Below, piece by piece: positions 61,401-64,000 of a stretch of 64,000 bases of DNA. This DNA comes from Monocercomonoides exilis PA203 (taxonomy: Eukaryota > Protista > Preaxostyla). A model generated the notes under the pieces. That model saw nothing but the letters and a program-made list of their open reading frames with translations, had not been told where the DNA came from and searched no databases. The DNA is taken from NCBI GenBank assembly GCA_001643675.2, contig LSRY02000068.1:186001-250000 (forward strand), read 5' to 3'. The position numbers were made by a program, and so were the translations under genes. The number at the start of each line of letters is the position of its first letter. Position 1 is the stretch's first letter.

Positions 61401-64000
61401 TCTTTCCTCTCCTTTTTCTCCTATTTTTATAATTTACCTCATAGGGTGTGCACCCCATCCCTGCACTCCAAATCCTTCTCTCTCCATCCCTTCATCCCAC
61501 ACGATTTTTTTTATTCTTTTTTTCTCTTCCCTCTCTAACCTCTCTTTCTCCCTCATTCTCCTCTCTTCCCCAACTCCCCTCTCTCCCACACTTCATTCGC
61601 GGAGTGAAGGCGAGTAGAAGGGATGAGCGCTACAGCGCTGTGCACCATCTGTGCAGCCCCTGTGCAGCACTCGCCTCTCCCAACCTCTCTGACTCCCCAC
61701 TCTTTCCTCTCTCTCTTTCTCTCAACCCATCCATTTCCCTCTCTCTCTCTCAACCTCACCCTCACTTTTCTTTCCTCTCCTTTTTCTCCTATTTTTTATA
61801 ATTTACCTCATAGGGTGTGCACCCCATCCCTGCACTCCAAATCCTTCTCTCTCCATCCCTTCATCCCACACGATTTTTTTTTATTCTTTTTTTCTCTTCC
61901 CTCTCTAACCTCTCTTTCTCCCTCATTCTCCTCTCTTCCCCAACTCCCCTCTCTCCCACACTTCATTCGCAGAGTGAAGGCGAGTAAGAGGGATGAGGCA
62001 GCGCTGTGCACCATCTGTGCAGCCCCTGTGCAGCACTCGCCTCTCCCAACCTCTCTGACTCCCCACTCTTTCCTCTCTCTCTTTCTCTCAACCCATCCAT
62101 TTCCCTCTCTCTCTCTCAACCTCACCCTCACTTTTCTTTCCTCTCCTTTTTTCTCCTATTTTTTATAATTTACCTCATAGGGTGTGCACCCCATCCCTGC
62201 ACTCCAAATCCTTCTCTCTCCATCCCTTCATCCCACACGATTTTTTTTATTCTTTTTTTCTCTTCCCTCTCTAACCTCTCTTTCTCCCTCATTCTCCTCT
62301 CTTCCCCAACTCCCCTCTCTCCCACACTTCATTCGCAGAGTGAAGGCGAGTAAGAGGGATGAGCGCTGCAGCGCTGTGCACCATCTGTGCAGCCCCTGTG
62401 CAGCACTCGCCTCTCCCAACCTCTCTGACTCCCCACTCTTTCCTCTCTCTCTTTCTCTCAACCCATCCATTTCCCTCTCTCTCTCTCAACCTCACCCTCA
62501 CTTTTCTTTCCTCTCCTTTTTTCTCCTATTTTTATAATTTACCTCATAGGGTGTGCACCCCATCCCTGCACTCAAATCCTTCTCTCTCCATCCCTTCATC
62601 CACGATTTTTTTTATTCTTTTTTCTCTTCCCTCTCTAACCTCTCTTTCTCCCTCATTCTCCTCTCTTCCCCAACTCCCCTCTCTCCACACTTCATTCGCA
62701 GGAGTGAAGGCGGAGTAAGAAGGGATGAGCGCTACAGCGCTGTGCACCATCTGTGCAGCCCTGTGCAGCACTCGCCTCTCCCAACCTCTCTGACTCCCCA
62801 CTCTTTCCTCTCTCTCTTTCTCTCAACCCATCCATTTCCCTCTCTCTCTCTCAACCTCACCCTCACTTTTCTTTCCTCTCCTTTTTCTCCTATTTTTTAT
62901 AATTTACCTCATAGGGTGTGCACCCCATCCCTGCACTCCAAATCCTTCTCTCTCCATCCCTTCATCCCACACGATTTTTTATTCTTTTTTCTCTTCCCTC
63001 TCTAACCTCTCTTTCTCCCTCATTCTCCTCTCTTCCCAACTCCCTCTCTCCCACACTTCATTCGCGGAGTGAAGGCGAGTAAGAGGGATGAGCGCTGCAG
63101 CGCTGTGCACCATCTGTGCAGCCCCTGTGCAGCACTCGCCTCTCCCAACCTCTCTGACTCCCCACTCTTTCCTCTCTCTCTTTCTCTCAACCCATCCATT
63201 TCCCTCTCTCTCTCTCAACCTCACCCTCACTTTTCTTTCCTCTCCTTTTTCTCCTATTTTTATAATTTACCTCATAGGGTGTGCACCCCATCCCTGCACT
63301 CCAAATCCTTCTCTCTCCATCCCTTCATCCCACGATTTTTTATTCTTTTTTTCTCTTCCCTCTCTAACCTCTCTTTCTCCCTCATTCTCCTCTCTTCCCC
63401 AACTCCCCTCTCTCCCACACTTCATTCGCAGAGTGAAGGCGAGTAAGAGGGATGAGCGCTACAGCACTGTGCACCATCTGTGCAGCCCCTGTGCAGCACT
63501 CGCCTCTCCCAACCTCTCTGACTCCCCACTCTTTCCTCTCTCTCTTTCTCTCAACCCATCCATTTCCCTCTCTCTCTCTCAACCTCACCCTCACTTTTCT
63601 TTCCTCTCCTTTTTCTCCTATTTTTTATAATTTACCTCATAGGGTGTGCACCCCATCCCTGCACTCCAAATCCTTCTCTCTCCATCCCTTCATCCCACAC
63701 GATTTTTTTATTCTTTTTTTCTCTTCCCTCTCTAACCTCTCTTTCTCCCTCATTCTCCTCTCTTCCCCAACTCCCTCTCTCCCACACTTCATTCGCAGAG
63801 TGAAGGCGAGTAAGAGGGATGAGCGCTACAGCGCTGTGCACCATCTGTGCAGCCCCTGTAGCACTCGCCTCTCCCAACCTCTCTGACTCCCCACTCTTTC
63901 CTCTCTCTCTTTCTCTCAACCCATCCATTTCCCTCTCTCTCTCTCAACCTCACCCTCACTTTTCTTTCCTCTCCTTTTTCTCCTATTTTTATAATTTACC
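46478..64000 (+). repeat. Tandem array of a ~370-bp unit, ~47 copies visible, continuing beyond the window
   Basis: The unit starts TCGCAGAGTGAAGGCGAGT at 46478, 46848, 47218 and so on. The + strand is strongly pyrimidine-rich. Copies differ mainly by homopolymer indels and one G/A site (GCGCTGCAGCGC vs GCGCTACAGCGC). Confidence 0.98.

Larger units (their letters stand above)
42200..64000 (-). mobile_element. Candidate telomere-associated tyrosine-recombinase DNA element (Crypton-like): hairpin cluster + YR-Myb gene + 370-bp array; right boundary not in window
   Basis: It begins exactly where the TTAGGG tract stops (…GGGTTAG|ATCGGCC). It has a single long ORF encoding a tyrosine recombinase, and no RT/RNaseH or DDE ORF is visible. 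Whether the array belongs to the element is inference. Confidence 0.55.

Noticed and set aside
46233-64000. Many short ORFs on both strands in the 370-bp array
   Set aside because: They are translations of the CT-rich repeat unit, and their frames change with homopolymer indels.
46478-64000. CRISPR array, or 5S/tRNA/snRNA gene array
   Set aside because: There are no unique spacers because units are identical end to end. I could not recognise a 5S, tRNA or snRNA sequence, although an unknown small RNA is not excluded.

Overview
This is eukaryotic, intron-containing, AT-rich DNA in the standard genetic code. The Ser/Glu/Lys-rich proteins, GTTTGA/GTATGT splice donors and lineage-type gene families suggest an oxymonad protist such as Monocercomonoides (inference). 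Left to right, the window holds: (1) a 5'-truncated, intronless 20.9-kb VPS13 ORF; (2) a member of an expanded lineage-specific family; (3) a 10-exon pseudokinase + ARM/HEAT-like gene, head-to-head with (4) a greatly expanded SLX1 GIY-YIG nuclease gene that has a GC-AG first intron; (5) an AT-rich spacer with two MITE-like elements; (6) decayed gene fragments ending abruptly at a short (TTAGGG)n tract at 42116-42199. Distal to that tract is the most unusual segment. It has a cluster of four hairpins including a 13-9-13 lox/FRT-like inverted repeat, and an intact ~900-aa ORF that fuses a tyrosine recombinase (R-K-HxxR-W-Y all present) to a C-terminal Myb domain. A >17.5-kb array of a ~370-bp unit with phased CTGTGCA motifs follows and runs off the window. 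Main hypothesis: a telomere-associated, possibly telomere-repeat-targeting, tyrosine-recombinase DNA element (Crypton-like, no reverse transcriptase seen).
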